A stretch of DNA of 64,000 nucleotides, taken from NCBI GenBank assembly GCA_026981935.1, contig JALSIC010000002.1:5281-69280 (forward strand). The letters are read 5' to 3'. A program made the translations under genes and the position numbers. Position 1 is the stretch's first letter. Each line of letters begins with the position of its first letter. Positions 10,035 through 19,612 of this stretch are shown here, one piece after another. The notes beneath the pieces were generated by a model. It was given only the letters and a program-made list of their open reading frames with translations. It was not told where the DNA came from and searched no databases. Origin of the DNA: Gammaproteobacteria bacterium (lineage in GTDB: Bacteria; Pseudomonadota; Gammaproteobacteria; SZUA-140).

Positions 10035-10154
10035 CCTTGCCTCAAACGCAGGCTTGATTTTTTCCATAAACCGGAAATAATCCTAACAGGCCGGGCAGAC
10101 CGGCTGCTCCGGACCTCGACCCGGCAATGGCAGAGACTGCTGATTTTTCATGAG

Positions 10155-10622
10155 GTGACGAAGAGCATCATGGCTGACAAGGTGGTTTTCGCCTATCTGG
10201 ATGCCGGCGCAAAAAGCAGCCCTGTTGCGCTCGACCCTGGCCTCAGTACCGGCAAGCCGGAGACAGTCTGGCTTTTCAATCTGGCACGCGGCGAATTCGT
10301 CGAATACCGCCGTGACATCGTCGAGGCCAAGCTGCGTGACTTCAAAGAGGGCGAAGAGGCCCTCTGCAAGGAACTCAAGAAGGCCTTCACCCGGGCCCGC
10401 AAGACTTTTCACACCCGCGTGCCCCAACGCCTGAGCATCCCGCCGGACCCCCCCGCGCAGGCAGCGAAGAACACAGGGGATCCCCCTCAATCGACTCAGG
10501 CACCCACCCAGGCCGCCACTCTGGCACCCCCCCTGGATGAGGCCGAGGCCGTCGAAGACGAACTGCTGGATATCGATCCGGATCTGGAAACCGTAGAAGA
10601 CCTGGACGAGGATCTGGAGTAA
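10155..10622 (+). CDS. Hypothetical protein with Pro/Thr-rich linker and acidic tail
   Basis: Co-oriented with the kinase gene, coding-like composition; start may be ATG 10170. Confidence 0.7.
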   Translation: MTKSIMADKVVFAYLDAGAKSSPVALDPGLSTGKPETVWLFNLARGEFVEYRRDIVEAKLRDFKEGEEALCKELKKAFTRARKTFHTRVPQRLSIPPDPPAQAAKNTGDPPQSTQAPTQAATLAPPLDEAEAVEDELLDIDPDLETVEDLDEDLE

Positions 10623-10691
10623 CCCCCATTACCACAAGGTTTCTGCTAGAATAGGCTGCAACCTGTTCCGGCCATCTGAAAAAAGGCCGTC

Positions 10692-11429
10692 ATGGGGGCA
10701 CGCTCGAAAAACATCGTCATCGATACCTTCAACCTCTATCCCGGACGTATTCTGGCAGGCAAATACGAAGTCGTCAGCAAGCTGGGAGCCGGCTGGGAAG
10801 GCGAGGTCTTCCTCGTGCGCGAGAAGATCACGGGTATCGAGCGCGCCGCGAAATTCTTTTATCCCCAGCGCAACATCGACAACAAGGCCTGCATCTACTA
10901 TGCGCAGAAACTGCATCGCCTGAGCCACTGCCCCATCCTGATCCAGTACATCACCCAGGAAACCATCACCTATCGCGGTATTCCCATCACCTTCCTGGTA
11001 TCGGAATACGTGGAGGGTGAGCTCCTGAGCGAATTCCTGGCGCGCCAACCCGGCGGACGCCTGCCCCCCTTCCAGGGACTGCATTTACTCCACGCGCTTG
11101 CCAGCGGCATGGAATTCATTCACGGCATGAAGGAGTATCACGGCGACCTGCATACCGACAACATCATCGTCAAGCGCTTCGGCCTGGGCTTCAATATCAA
11201 ACTGCTGGACATGTTTCACTGGGGCGCACCGAAGAAGGCCAATATCCACCAGGATGTCTGCGACCTGATCCGCATCTTCTACGACGCCATCGGGGGACGC
11301 AAGCATTACGCCAAACATCCACCAGAGATCAAGGCCATCATCTGCGGCCTCAAGCGCACCTCGATCCTGAAGAAGTTCCGTTCAGCAGGGCAACTCAGGA
11401 GTTACCTCGAAACCATGCAATGGGGATGA
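10692..11429 (+). CDS. Atypical, short Ser/Thr protein-kinase-like protein
   Basis: LGAGWEGEV Gly loop, AAK lysine, HGDLHTDN catalytic loop, DMF in place of DFG. Confidence 0.85.
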   Translation: MGARSKNIVIDTFNLYPGRILAGKYEVVSKLGAGWEGEVFLVREKITGIERAAKFFYPQRNIDNKACIYYAQKLHRLSHCPILIQYITQETITYRGIPITFLVSEYVEGELLSEFLARQPGGRLPPFQGLHLLHALASGMEFIHGMKEYHGDLHTDNIIVKRFGLGFNIKLLDMFHWGAPKKANIHQDVCDLIRIFYDAIGGRKHYAKHPPEIKAIICGLKRTSILKKFRSAGQLRSYLETMQWG

Positions 11430-11557
11430 ATCGGAGACTGCGACAGGATGTTCCGCTTGTGCGCCTCTTTTCATCACCCTCTCGTATCCTGTATCTTGTA
11501 CTCTTGACGTAACACGCAACATCTCGTGCCTGCCTATGCCGGGCATCCGTAATTTCC

Positions 11558-12358
11558 ATGGTTCACAAAAAAATCCTGACGAATTGTCATATGGAAGGTT
11601 ATGGGGAAACCTATAACTGCTGTTCCTATGAAATCGCCGTCTACAGTTCCCGTTCTCCAGCACATGACAGTGCCAATGGTGACTCTGCGGCCTTGTTCTG
11701 CATGGACGGAAACGCCGGTATCTTTGCAGTGGCAGATGGCATGGGCGGCCTTTCCAACGCCGACCGGGCCTCTGCCATGGTCATCGAATCATTGGACGAT
11801 GCGTTGACCAGGGCGACGCCGGAGGGTGGTTTCCGCGAGGCTGTCCTCAACGGCATCGATGACGCCAACCGGCGCATCATCAGGCTTGGCGCAGGTTCCA
11901 CGCTCGCTGCCGTGGAAATCAACGACAACACCCTGCGCAGCTACCACGTGGGTGACGCGGCCATCCTGGTCACCGGCCAACGGGGCAGGATAAAATTACA
12001 GACCATTCCGCATTCCCCGGTAGGCTACGCGGTGGAAGCGGGATTCCTGGACGAGGATGAGGCCATGCATCACGAGGAGCGACATTTGCTCCTCAACATG
12101 CTGGGCAGCAGCGACATGCGCATCGAGATCGGTCCCACCCTGGCGCTTGCGCGGCGCGATACGGTGCTGCTGGGCAGTGACGGTCTGTTCGACAACCTGC
12201 ATATCGATGAAATCGTGGCCATCATCCGCAAGGGGGCCCTCTCGACCGTCATGGAACAACTGGTCACCTGCTGCCGGCAGCGCATGAACACGACGAGGCC
12301 CGGCCGCCCATCAAAGCCTGATGACTTGACTCTGATTTTGATCCGCCGTGGTGCCTGA
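11558..12358 (+). CDS. PP2C/PPM-family Ser/Thr phosphatase
   Basis: VADGMGG, HVGDA, LLGSDGLFDN, DDLT. Start uncertain. Confidence 0.88.
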   Translation: MVHKKILTNCHMEGYGETYNCCSYEIAVYSSRSPAHDSANGDSAALFCMDGNAGIFAVADGMGGLSNADRASAMVIESLDDALTRATPEGGFREAVLNGIDDANRRIIRLGAGSTLAAVEINDNTLRSYHVGDAAILVTGQRGRIKLQTIPHSPVGYAVEAGFLDEDEAMHHEERHLLLNMLGSSDMRIEIGPTLALARRDTVLLGSDGLFDNLHIDEIVAIIRKGALSTVMEQLVTCCRQRMNTTRPGRPSKPDDLTLILIRRGA

Positions 12359-12618
12359 GGTTTCCCAGGGCCGGGCGTTTCACCACCGGGCATTCGCAGA
12401 AGAAACCACGCCTGCGGAAAGGAAACCGATCCGGAAGCGCCCTCCCGGCACGAAGGTGGATCCCGGCCATCTGCCTGAAGGCCTTGGGGTTAATGTTTCG
12501 AGCAGGCGTGTCGATCTATTCTCACGGGTGGTATAAACTCCCCATTGGCGTGCACTGATGCCATACGGAACGAAATTCGGGCACGGAGGTCTCCCAGAAG
12601 AACAATGGACAAAAACGA

Positions 12619-13656
12619 TTGATGAACCAGGTCGGCATCCGCAAGCCTGCTGCCGAACTGCTGAGAATGGCCCTGCCCCTTCTGATGCAGTATGGCATTC
12701 CACCCACGCCACGCAACTACGCGGTGTGGTACGAATACGTGGCCGAGAGCAATCCCCACCTGAGCCAGGCCATCGACGACATCATCGCCGACGGCGCAGA
12801 CTTCGGTGACGAGGTCTGCGCCAGGCTCTACAACACCTACCTTGCCAGCAACAAGGAACAGGAAATCGAGGCGCTGCGCTCGGAACTCCAGCGGGTGATC
12901 GGCGAGTCCTCCCGGCACATCTCAGGCGCCACCCACGAAGCGGCACGCTACCAGTCCCGCCTCGAGGGCCATGCGCAGCGGCTGGTCAGGGATCTCGACA
13001 GCGAAAAGGTCCTGCGTATCATCGATGCCCTCAGCACGGAAACCCAGGCCATGGTCAAGACCAATTCCCAGCTCCAGGACAAGCTCAGCGGCATGGCTGC
13101 AGAACTGGTCAAGCTGCGCAACGAGCTGCAATGGGTCCATGAGGAACTGATGATCGACGCCCTCACCGGCCTGCTCAACCGCAAGGGCTTCGACCAGATG
13201 CTGGAGGAAACAACCCGCGAGGCCCGACAGCAGCAGGGACAGCTCTGCATGATGATGATCGACGTGGATCATTTCAAGCGCATCAACGACAATTTCGGTC
13301 ATATCGTGGGCGACGAGGTCCTGCGTTTCATCGCCGGCAAGATGCGTGAGGCCGTCAAGGGCCGGGACATCGTTTCCCGTTATGGCGGCGAGGAGTTCAG
13401 TATCATCCTGCCCAACACCCCCCTCAGCGGTGCCATGCACATCGCCGAGGAACTGCGCCGGATCATATCCACATCGAAACTCACTCGCAAACGCAAGAAT
13501 GATTATCAGGTGCTGGACCAGATCACCGTCTCCATCGGCGTGGCCTGGTACCGCAAGAACGAAGAGCCCCAGGATTTCGTCCACCGCGCCGACCGTGCCC
13601 TCTACCATGCCAAGCACACGGGCCGCAACCGCGTCGTCAACGGCGAAACCCTGTAA
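12619..13656 (+). CDS. Cytoplasmic diguanylate cyclase (GGDEF)
   Basis: DALTGLLNR, DVDHFKRIND, RYGGEEF, ADRALYHAK; N-terminal PTPRNYAVWYEY helical domain. Confidence 0.92.
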   Translation: MMNQVGIRKPAAELLRMALPLLMQYGIPPTPRNYAVWYEYVAESNPHLSQAIDDIIADGADFGDEVCARLYNTYLASNKEQEIEALRSELQRVIGESSRHISGATHEAARYQSRLEGHAQRLVRDLDSEKVLRIIDALSTETQAMVKTNSQLQDKLSGMAAELVKLRNELQWVHEELMIDALTGLLNRKGFDQMLEETTREARQQQGQLCMMMIDVDHFKRINDNFGHIVGDEVLRFIAGKMREAVKGRDIVSRYGGEEFSIILPNTPLSGAMHIAEELRRIISTSKLTRKRKNDYQVLDQITVSIGVAWYRKNEEPQDFVHRADRALYHAKHTGRNRVVNGETL

Positions 13657-13693
13657 GATACACCCTTGACACATTCATCGATACATCGACTAT

Positions 13694-13978
13694 TATTAAC
13701 CCGGCAATAATATATATCGTGTTCAGCCTTTCAGGCAGGTGCTGGATCAAGGCGCGGCACGCAGGGAATGGCCCGGCCCTTGCCAAGTGCCGCAACACCG
13801 AGCCGGCGCCTGCCTGAAACGCCTGACTTGTTGAAATTCATATGGCAGGCCGCCGCGTGCGCGCACGCAGACGGTGTTGGCGAAGCTTGCTGTAGAATGA
13901 CTACAGCGGCGCTCCGCCGCCTTGCCGCGTGTCCGCACGCGGCGGCTGAACATGACATATATTGTTGCCGGGTTAATA
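13694..13978. mobile_element. MITE-like element with 35-bp terminal inverted repeats (including flanking TA) and two internal hairpins
   Basis: 13694-13728 vs reverse complement of 13944-13978: 32/35 identical; TA at both outer ends; no transposase ORF. Confidence 0.7.
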
Positions 13979-14085
13979 TCAGCCGGCCACGATATGAATG
14001 GATGCGATAGGGTTGCAGGTAAATCAGCGGCTAGAGGTTCGCAAGACCGGCATCCAGGAGGACAGCTGGCATTTTTACCTCCACC

Positions 14086-14215
14086 TGTCATTTCGACCTC
14101 CTACCCTGTCATTTCGACCGAAGGGAGAAATCCTGTCCCCCTGCCTCCCAAGATTCCTCGCTGCGCTCGGAATGACAGGGATACTGTCATTTCCCGCTGC
14201 GCTCGAAATGACAAA
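14086..14215. repeat. Cluster of TGTCATT...AATGACA palindromic repeats (REP-like)
   Basis: CTGTCATTTCGACC twice; CTGTCATTTCGA...TCGGAATGACAG inverted pair; TGTCATTTC...GAAATGACA hairpin. Confidence 0.75.
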
Positions 14216-14390
14216 GTATTGAGGCTCTCATGGGTGAATGAACGCGATAGAGTTGCAGGTGAGTCAACGTGGTGACCCAATGTTGAAAGCCCGCAGGACA
14301 GGCATCCGGAGAAACAAACCGTGAAATCATGTCTTCCTGGATTCCGATCATCTTCATCCAGGCTGCGCGTATCAAGATCAGAGTTATACA

Positions 14391-15200
14391 ATGAAAACCA
14401 TCAGCATGCCTTGTTCAGCTATCGCGTATGGACTCGCAGCAAGGGGGGCTGCACGACATGAGACTGCCTGTCACTTCATTTTCTTTCCCTCCCTGCTCCT
14501 TCTCCTGTTTCTCCCACCGGCTTTGCAGGTTTACGGCAGTGAACTTCGTGTGGGCGCATTTTCCGACCTGACGCCTGGCTCCGCCCTGCCCCCGGCATGG
14601 GAGTTGCTCACCTTCCCCAGGATCACGCGTCACACGGAATATCAGCTGGTGGAAATCGACGGTACAACGGTCATCAAGGCCGAAAGCCGGAACGCCGCCT
14701 CAGGCCTGATACGCAGAATCACCATCGATCCCCGCCGCTACCCCACGCTCCGCTGGCGCTGGAGAGTCGACAGGCTCCTCCCCGGCAGCGATGTGCGCCG
14801 CAAGGCCGGCGATGACTATCCGGCCCGCCTCTACCTGACCTTCGCCTACGATGCCGACAAGATGAGTCTGGGCAGGCGCATGCGCTACCAGGCAGCGCGC
14901 CTGCTGTACGGCGACGTTCCTGCCGCGGCCATCAATTACATCTGGGCACGCAATGCGGCCAGGAACACCGTCGTCCCCAATGCCTATACCGACTTCACCA
15001 TGATGATTGTCGTGGAAAGCGGTTCTGAACGGCTCGGGCAGTGGATCACGGAAGAACGCAATATCGTTCAGGATTACCGTCGCGCCTTCGGTAGCGATCC
15101 GCCGCTCATCACCGGCGTGGCCATCATGACCGACAGCGATGACAGCGGTGGAGAGGCATCAGCCTATTACGGTGACATCACCTTCCTGTCTTCACCTTGA
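14391..15200 (+). CDS. DUF3047 domain protein (exported)
   Basis: LRWRWRV, GDDYPARLY, AINYIWA, GVAIMTDSD motifs. Start uncertain. Confidence 0.8.
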   Translation: MKTISMPCSAIAYGLAARGAARHETACHFIFFPSLLLLLFLPPALQVYGSELRVGAFSDLTPGSALPPAWELLTFPRITRHTEYQLVEIDGTTVIKAESRNAASGLIRRITIDPRRYPTLRWRWRVDRLLPGSDVRRKAGDDYPARLYLTFAYDADKMSLGRRMRYQAARLLYGDVPAAAINYIWARNAARNTVVPNAYTDFTMMIVVESGSERLGQWITEERNIVQDYRRAFGSDPPLITGVAIMTDSDDSGGEASAYYGDITFLSSP

Positions 15201-15275
15201 GCAGGCGTCGATTGTCGCACCAGGATGATTCCGATAGAATGAAAGGCCCTTAGTCACCAGGCGGAGGGTACCGCC

Positions 15276-15725
15276 ATGCAGATCACCCTTGACCGCAACA
15301 CCCGTTACTACGGCATACATTCTTACGCCAAGGGCGAAATCACCATCACCATTCCCCGCGCCCTGGAGGAAGCCAGGCCGGCCCCGGAGGAAAGCGACAA
15401 CGTGGAACGGCTCCTGCCGCCGCTGCGCCGCGAGACGCTCCATCGCAGCCTGATCCTCATGCCGGAACGCCTCATTCAGGACTGGCCGCCCCAGAGCTTC
15501 ACTGAACTCAACAAGGCGCATTTCGACGTGCTGGCAGAGCAGGACGTGGAACTGATCCTGTTCGGCAGCGGCGCCACCCTGCGCTGGCCCGACCACGACC
15601 TTCTGTGCTCCCTCATGCAACGGGGCATCGGCATCGAGGTCATGGATACCGGTGCGGCCTGCCGCACCTACAACATTCTCATGTCGGACCAGCGCCGCTT
15701 TGCCGCAGCCCTGCTCATGATCTGA
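15276..15725 (+). CDS. Mth938-like (DUF498) protein
   Basis: ELILFGSG, GIGIEVMDTGAACRTYNILMSDQR. Confidence 0.88.
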   Translation: MQITLDRNTRYYGIHSYAKGEITITIPRALEEARPAPEESDNVERLLPPLRRETLHRSLILMPERLIQDWPPQSFTELNKAHFDVLAEQDVELILFGSGATLRWPDHDLLCSLMQRGIGIEVMDTGAACRTYNILMSDQRRFAAALLMI

Positions 15726-15862
15726 TTCAGCGATCAGGGAACGAAAGAATGTCTCTCGCGCCTGGGGAGCGCTCCTGCGCGCTTCCTCTCTCCGCAGGAG
15801 CGCCCCCGGCCACGAATACCCTCGCTGGAAAGCCTTCCTTCACATCCCGTCCATGCCTGTCG

Positions 15863-16633
15863 TCAGATCTCCCACTCCAGGATGCTCTTGATGACGACGT
15901 CGTCACTGGCATCGGTCAGGCCGAAGGCACTGCCCAGGTTCCATTTCAGCTTGTGACCGACTTTCCAGGTGAGAGCGGGCACCAGATAGTGCTTCTGCTT
16001 GTCCTTGGGCTTGAGATCCACGAACTCGCCGATGCTGCCATAGGCCTCGAGCCCCCATTTGAAATGACCATGCCATGCGCTGTAAAAGCTGACTCCATAT
16101 TCGAATTCAATCCCCTCGGCCACATCAGGTCCACTGGTTGCCTTTTCTATTCTGGGATTGAGTGTCAACGTGTTACTCCCGATGTCCTTCTCCAGGATCA
16201 GGCGCAGTTCGGCCTTCTCATTGGCCTTGCCCTGCCAGCCGGTGCGGGGCAGATAATACTCCACATAGAGTGCCGTATCAAAAAAGCGTTCACCTTGTTC
16301 ACCGAAACGGTAACGCGCCGCTATGATGCGAGATTGAACAAACTCGAAATCCTCACCGGAGGGCTGCTCGAAATCCGCATAGGCAGCCAGCATGAACCGG
16401 TCCGTGACCCCGTATTCGACTTCCAGCGTATGAGCCCACAATGACTCACGGTCTGCCTCGGTGCCGAAATATTTCATCTTGTTGTCCGACTTCGCCACAT
16501 AATCGGTCCAGTACACCAGCTCGATTTCACCCGCTTCCGGCGTCTTGTAACCGTACACCTTGAAATCCCTGGCCATGCCCGCTGCGGGCAGCAACAGACA
16601 GGAAACCATCACCACGGTCAGTGCCTTTTTCAC
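15863..16633 (-). CDS. Hypothetical exported protein, probable outer-membrane beta-barrel
   Basis: Signal peptide, amphipathic aromatic-rich strands, C-terminal LEWEI. Confidence 0.65.
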   Translation of the reverse strand: MKKALTVVMVSCLLLPAAGMARDFKVYGYKTPEAGEIELVYWTDYVAKSDNKMKYFGTEADRESLWAHTLEVEYGVTDRFMLAAYADFEQPSGEDFEFVQSRIIAARYRFGEQGERFFDTALYVEYYLPRTGWQGKANEKAELRLILEKDIGSNTLTLNPRIEKATSGPDVAEGIEFEYGVSFYSAWHGHFKWGLEAYGSIGEFVDLKPKDKQKHYLVPALTWKVGHKLKWNLGSAFGLTDASDDVVIKSILEWEI

Positions 16634-16738
16634 AGCAATCCTCCTTTCAACCCCAGTCAGTCATTATTTTGATTTGTCTTTTTGCGATGCGGCCGCAAGG
16701 GGCAATGTCGTTCCGGGCACGGCCCCATGCCCCGGCGG

Positions 16739-17494
16739 TCAATCATCACCGCCCCGCGATGTTACTTTTTTTTTCGCCGGAAGGTAAGCCATGGGATCGA
16801 CGGGCTTGCCATCGACGCGAATCTCGAAGTGCAGCATGACCTGCGTCACCCCCGTGCCGCTGCGGCCCATCTCGGCGATCTTCTGGCCCTTGGCCACCCA
16901 GGCACCCTCTTCGACGAGCAGGCGACGGTTGTGCGCATAGGCACTCAGGAACTTGTCATTGTGCTTGATGATGAGCAGGTTGCCATAGCGGGGAATGCCC
17001 TTGCCGCTGTATACCACGCGCCCCGCCGCAGCGGCCTTGACCGGATCGCCCAAGCGACCCCCGATATCGATGCCCTTGCGCCCTGGCTTGCCGGGGGAGA
17101 AGCGGGTCAGGATGCTGCCTTCGGCGGGCCAGACCCAGGTCAACTTGCGGGGCGGCTGCGCCGGGGCAGTGACAGCAGGTCCCGTTTTTTCCACAACCGG
17201 CGCTGCAGGCCCCGTTTCCGGGCGCTTTGCAGGCGCCCGGCGTGGCTGGTTGCCGCCGTTGGGTGCCGCTGGGATTTTGCGCCGGTCAGGAGGCGGTGTC
17301 AGGCGCAGCCGCTGTCCCTCGCGGATGATGTAAGGAGGTGGAATGTCGTTCCAGGCGGCAACCTCCCGGTAGTCGTAGCCATAGCGCCAGCTGATGGAGT
17401 ACAAGGTCTCGCCTTTTCTCACCACATGATCGGCGAAGGTGCCGCAGCCCACCAGCCCCAGGAACATCATGACCGACAGCCAGCGCCACCTCAT
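16739..17494 (-). CDS. nlpD: LysM + M23 peptidase-like lipoprotein NlpD
   Basis: Lipobox LVGC, LysM (HVVRKGETLYSISW), KGIDI, YAHN, LHFEIR. Start set at ATG 17494. Confidence 0.9.
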   Translation of the reverse strand: MRWRWLSVMMFLGLVGCGTFADHVVRKGETLYSISWRYGYDYREVAAWNDIPPPYIIREGQRLRLTPPPDRRKIPAAPNGGNQPRRAPAKRPETGPAAPVVEKTGPAVTAPAQPPRKLTWVWPAEGSILTRFSPGKPGRKGIDIGGRLGDPVKAAAAGRVVYSGKGIPRYGNLLIIKHNDKFLSAYAHNRRLLVEEGAWVAKGQKIAEMGRSGTGVTQVMLHFEIRVDGKPVDPMAYLPAKKKVTSRGGDD

Positions 17495-17502
17495 CGACGC
17501 AC

Positions 17503-18072
17503 TCACCGCATGAGGAAATAAACCACGGCAGCGATCGCCAGCAAGGCCCAGCCGAGCCTGTCGATGTACTTGCGCAGGAAACGGTCCATGCGTTCTCCGC
17601 CCCAATAGATCAGGGCCGCAACCAGAAAGAAGCGCGCGCCGCGCCCGACGACAGAGGCCAGCACAAAAGGCAGGAAGGCCATGGCCGCGGCACCTGCCGT
17701 CACGGTGAAAACCTTGTAGGGTATGGGTGAAAAACCGGCCACGAAGACCACCAGCACGCCCCATTCCGCAAACCATGAACGTGCCTGCAGATAGGCCGGC
17801 CAGTAACCCAGATCGCGAATCAAGGGCGCCACGGCATCGAAAGCGAGCATCCCCAGGAGATACCCCGCCACGCCTCCGGCCGCCGAGGCCGCGGTCGTCA
17901 GGGTGGCGTAGAACCAGGCACGGCGTCGCCTGGCCAGCACCATGGGTGCCAGCATGACATCCGGCGGAACGGGAAAGAACGAGGCCTCGGCGAAGCTCAA
18001 CAGGCCCAGATACCAGGGAGCATGGCGGTGCGCCGCCCAGCTCATGACCCGGGCATACAGGGCAGAAAACAT
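17503..18072 (-). CDS. yqaA: YqaA/DedA family membrane protein
   Basis: SFAEASFFPVPPD, SPIPYKVFT; conserved pcm-yqaA-nlpD synteny. Confidence 0.88.
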   Translation of the reverse strand: MFSALYARVMSWAAHRHAPWYLGLLSFAEASFFPVPPDVMLAPMVLARRRRAWFYATLTTAASAAGGVAGYLLGMLAFDAVAPLIRDLGYWPAYLQARSWFAEWGVLVVFVAGFSPIPYKVFTVTAGAAAMAFLPFVLASVVGRGARFFLVAALIYWGGERMDRFLRKYIDRLGWALLAIAAVVYFLMR

Positions 18073-18106
18073 GGGATCAGGTGTCCACAGGCAGGCGTTG
18101 CCCGGC

Positions 18107-18766
18107 TCACGCCTCGCCTGCCACCAGGGGCACGAAACTCACCGTCTCCAGCACTTCCTGCTCGCAGGCCTCCGCCGTGCGGGTGATGAGCACCAGGCGC
18201 TGGGCACCGGGACGTCCCACCGGCATGACCAGGCGCCCCCCCACCGCAAGCTGCTCCAACAGGGCCAGGGGCAGCTCGGGAGGGGCCGCCGTGGCCATGA
18301 TGCCATCGAAAGGCGCATAGCCCCGCCAGCCCTCCATGCCGTCACAGTGCCGGAGCCGGATATTGCGCAGGCCCAGCTCCCTGAAACGCCGGCGCGCCTT
18401 GCGTTGCAGGGCGCCCACCCTTTCCACGGTGAATACCTCCTCCACCAGCCGGGCCAGCACCGCGGCCTGATAGCCCGATCCGGTGCCGATCTCGAGCACC
18501 CGGCGCAAGGGGCCGTCGCGCAGCAGGATTTCCGTCATGCGCGCCACGATGTAGGGCTGGGAAATGGTCTGGCCATGCCCGATGGGCAATGCCGTATCCT
18601 CATAGGCACGGCTGGCCAGCGCCTCGTCCACGAAGATATGACGGGGTATCTCGCGCATGGCCTCCAGCACGGCCTGGCTGCGGATCCCTTCCCGCATGAG
18701 ACGCTCGACCAGCCGGTTGCGTGTCCGCTGGGAGGTCATTCCGATGCCTTGCAGGCGACTGCTCAT
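18107..18766 (-). CDS. pcm: Protein-L-isoaspartate O-methyltransferase
   Basis: [20 protein letters not shown]; ATGA overlap with surE stop. Confidence 0.95.
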   Translation of the reverse strand: MSSRLQGIGMTSQRTRNRLVERLMREGIRSQAVLEAMREIPRHIFVDEALASRAYEDTALPIGHGQTISQPYIVARMTEILLRDGPLRRVLEIGTGSGYQAAVLARLVEEVFTVERVGALQRKARRRFRELGLRNIRLRHCDGMEGWRGYAPFDGIMATAAPPELPLALLEQLAVGGRLVMPVGRPGAQRLVLITRTAEACEQEVLETVSFVPLVAGEA

Positions 18767-19518
18767 GACTGCTCCAGTGCCGCCACCCATCGGGCGGTCG
18801 TCTCCAGTGCACTGTGGCGGGTGAGATCCACCTGGAGCGGCGTGACGGAAACCTGGTTGTGCCTGATGGCATGAAAATCCGTGCCGGGCCCGGCATCCTG
18901 TTCCGGGCCGGAGGGCCCCACCCAGTAGATGGGACGTCCGCGAGGGTCCGTCGCCTTGATCACCGGCTCGGCCTTGTGCCGGTGGCCGAGACGGGTGGCG
19001 CGAAAACCGCCCAGTTCGTGCCAGGGCACATCCGGCACATTGACGTTGAGAATGAAGTCGGCAGGCAGGGGCGATTCGCGCAGATGGCTGACCATGATCT
19101 CCACCACCTGCGCGGCGGTCCCGAAATGCCGGCAGTGTGCGCCGGCCAGGGAAACGGCCATGGCGGGATAACCCAGGAAACGGCCCTCCATGGCGGCCGC
19201 CACGGTCCCCGAATACAGCACATCGTCACCCAGGTTGGCCCCGGCATTGATGCCGGCAATCACCATGTCAGGCTCTTCATCCAGCAGACCGGTAATGGCC
19301 AGATGGACGCAGTCGGTTGGCGTGCCGTTGACCCGGATGAAACCGTTCTCCAGGACCGTGGCGCGGATGGGATTCTCCAGGGTCAGGGAGTTGCTGGCAC
19401 CGCTGCGGTCCCGGTCCGGCACCACCACGACGATATCCGCATGCCTGCGCAGGGTCTCGGCCAGGCAGGCCAGGCCCTGCGCACGGTAGCCGTCGTCATT
19501 ACTGATCAAAATACGCAT
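18763..19518 (-). CDS. surE: 5'/3'-nucleotidase SurE
   Basis: [26 protein letters not shown]. Confidence 0.97.
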   Translation of the reverse strand: MRILISNDDGYRAQGLACLAETLRRHADIVVVVPDRDRSGASNSLTLENPIRATVLENGFIRVNGTPTDCVHLAITGLLDEEPDMVIAGINAGANLGDDVLYSGTVAAAMEGRFLGYPAMAVSLAGAHCRHFGTAAQVVEIMVSHLRESPLPADFILNVNVPDVPWHELGGFRATRLGHRHKAEPVIKATDPRGRPIYWVGPSGPEQDAGPGTDFHAIRHNQVSVTPLQVDLTRHSALETTARWVAALEQS

Positions 19519-19612
19519 GGCAACGACTGTAGCGTATTCGGCCCTGGCATGACAACGGAAGGGGACAGGGGAAAGGCTGCTCCGCCGGCCTCTCCTGGAA
19601 AACCCGGAAATA

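Noticed and set aside
16645-16680. AT-rich segment upstream of the OM protein gene resembling half a Fur box
   Set aside because: Only a partial ATAATGA match with no palindromic partner
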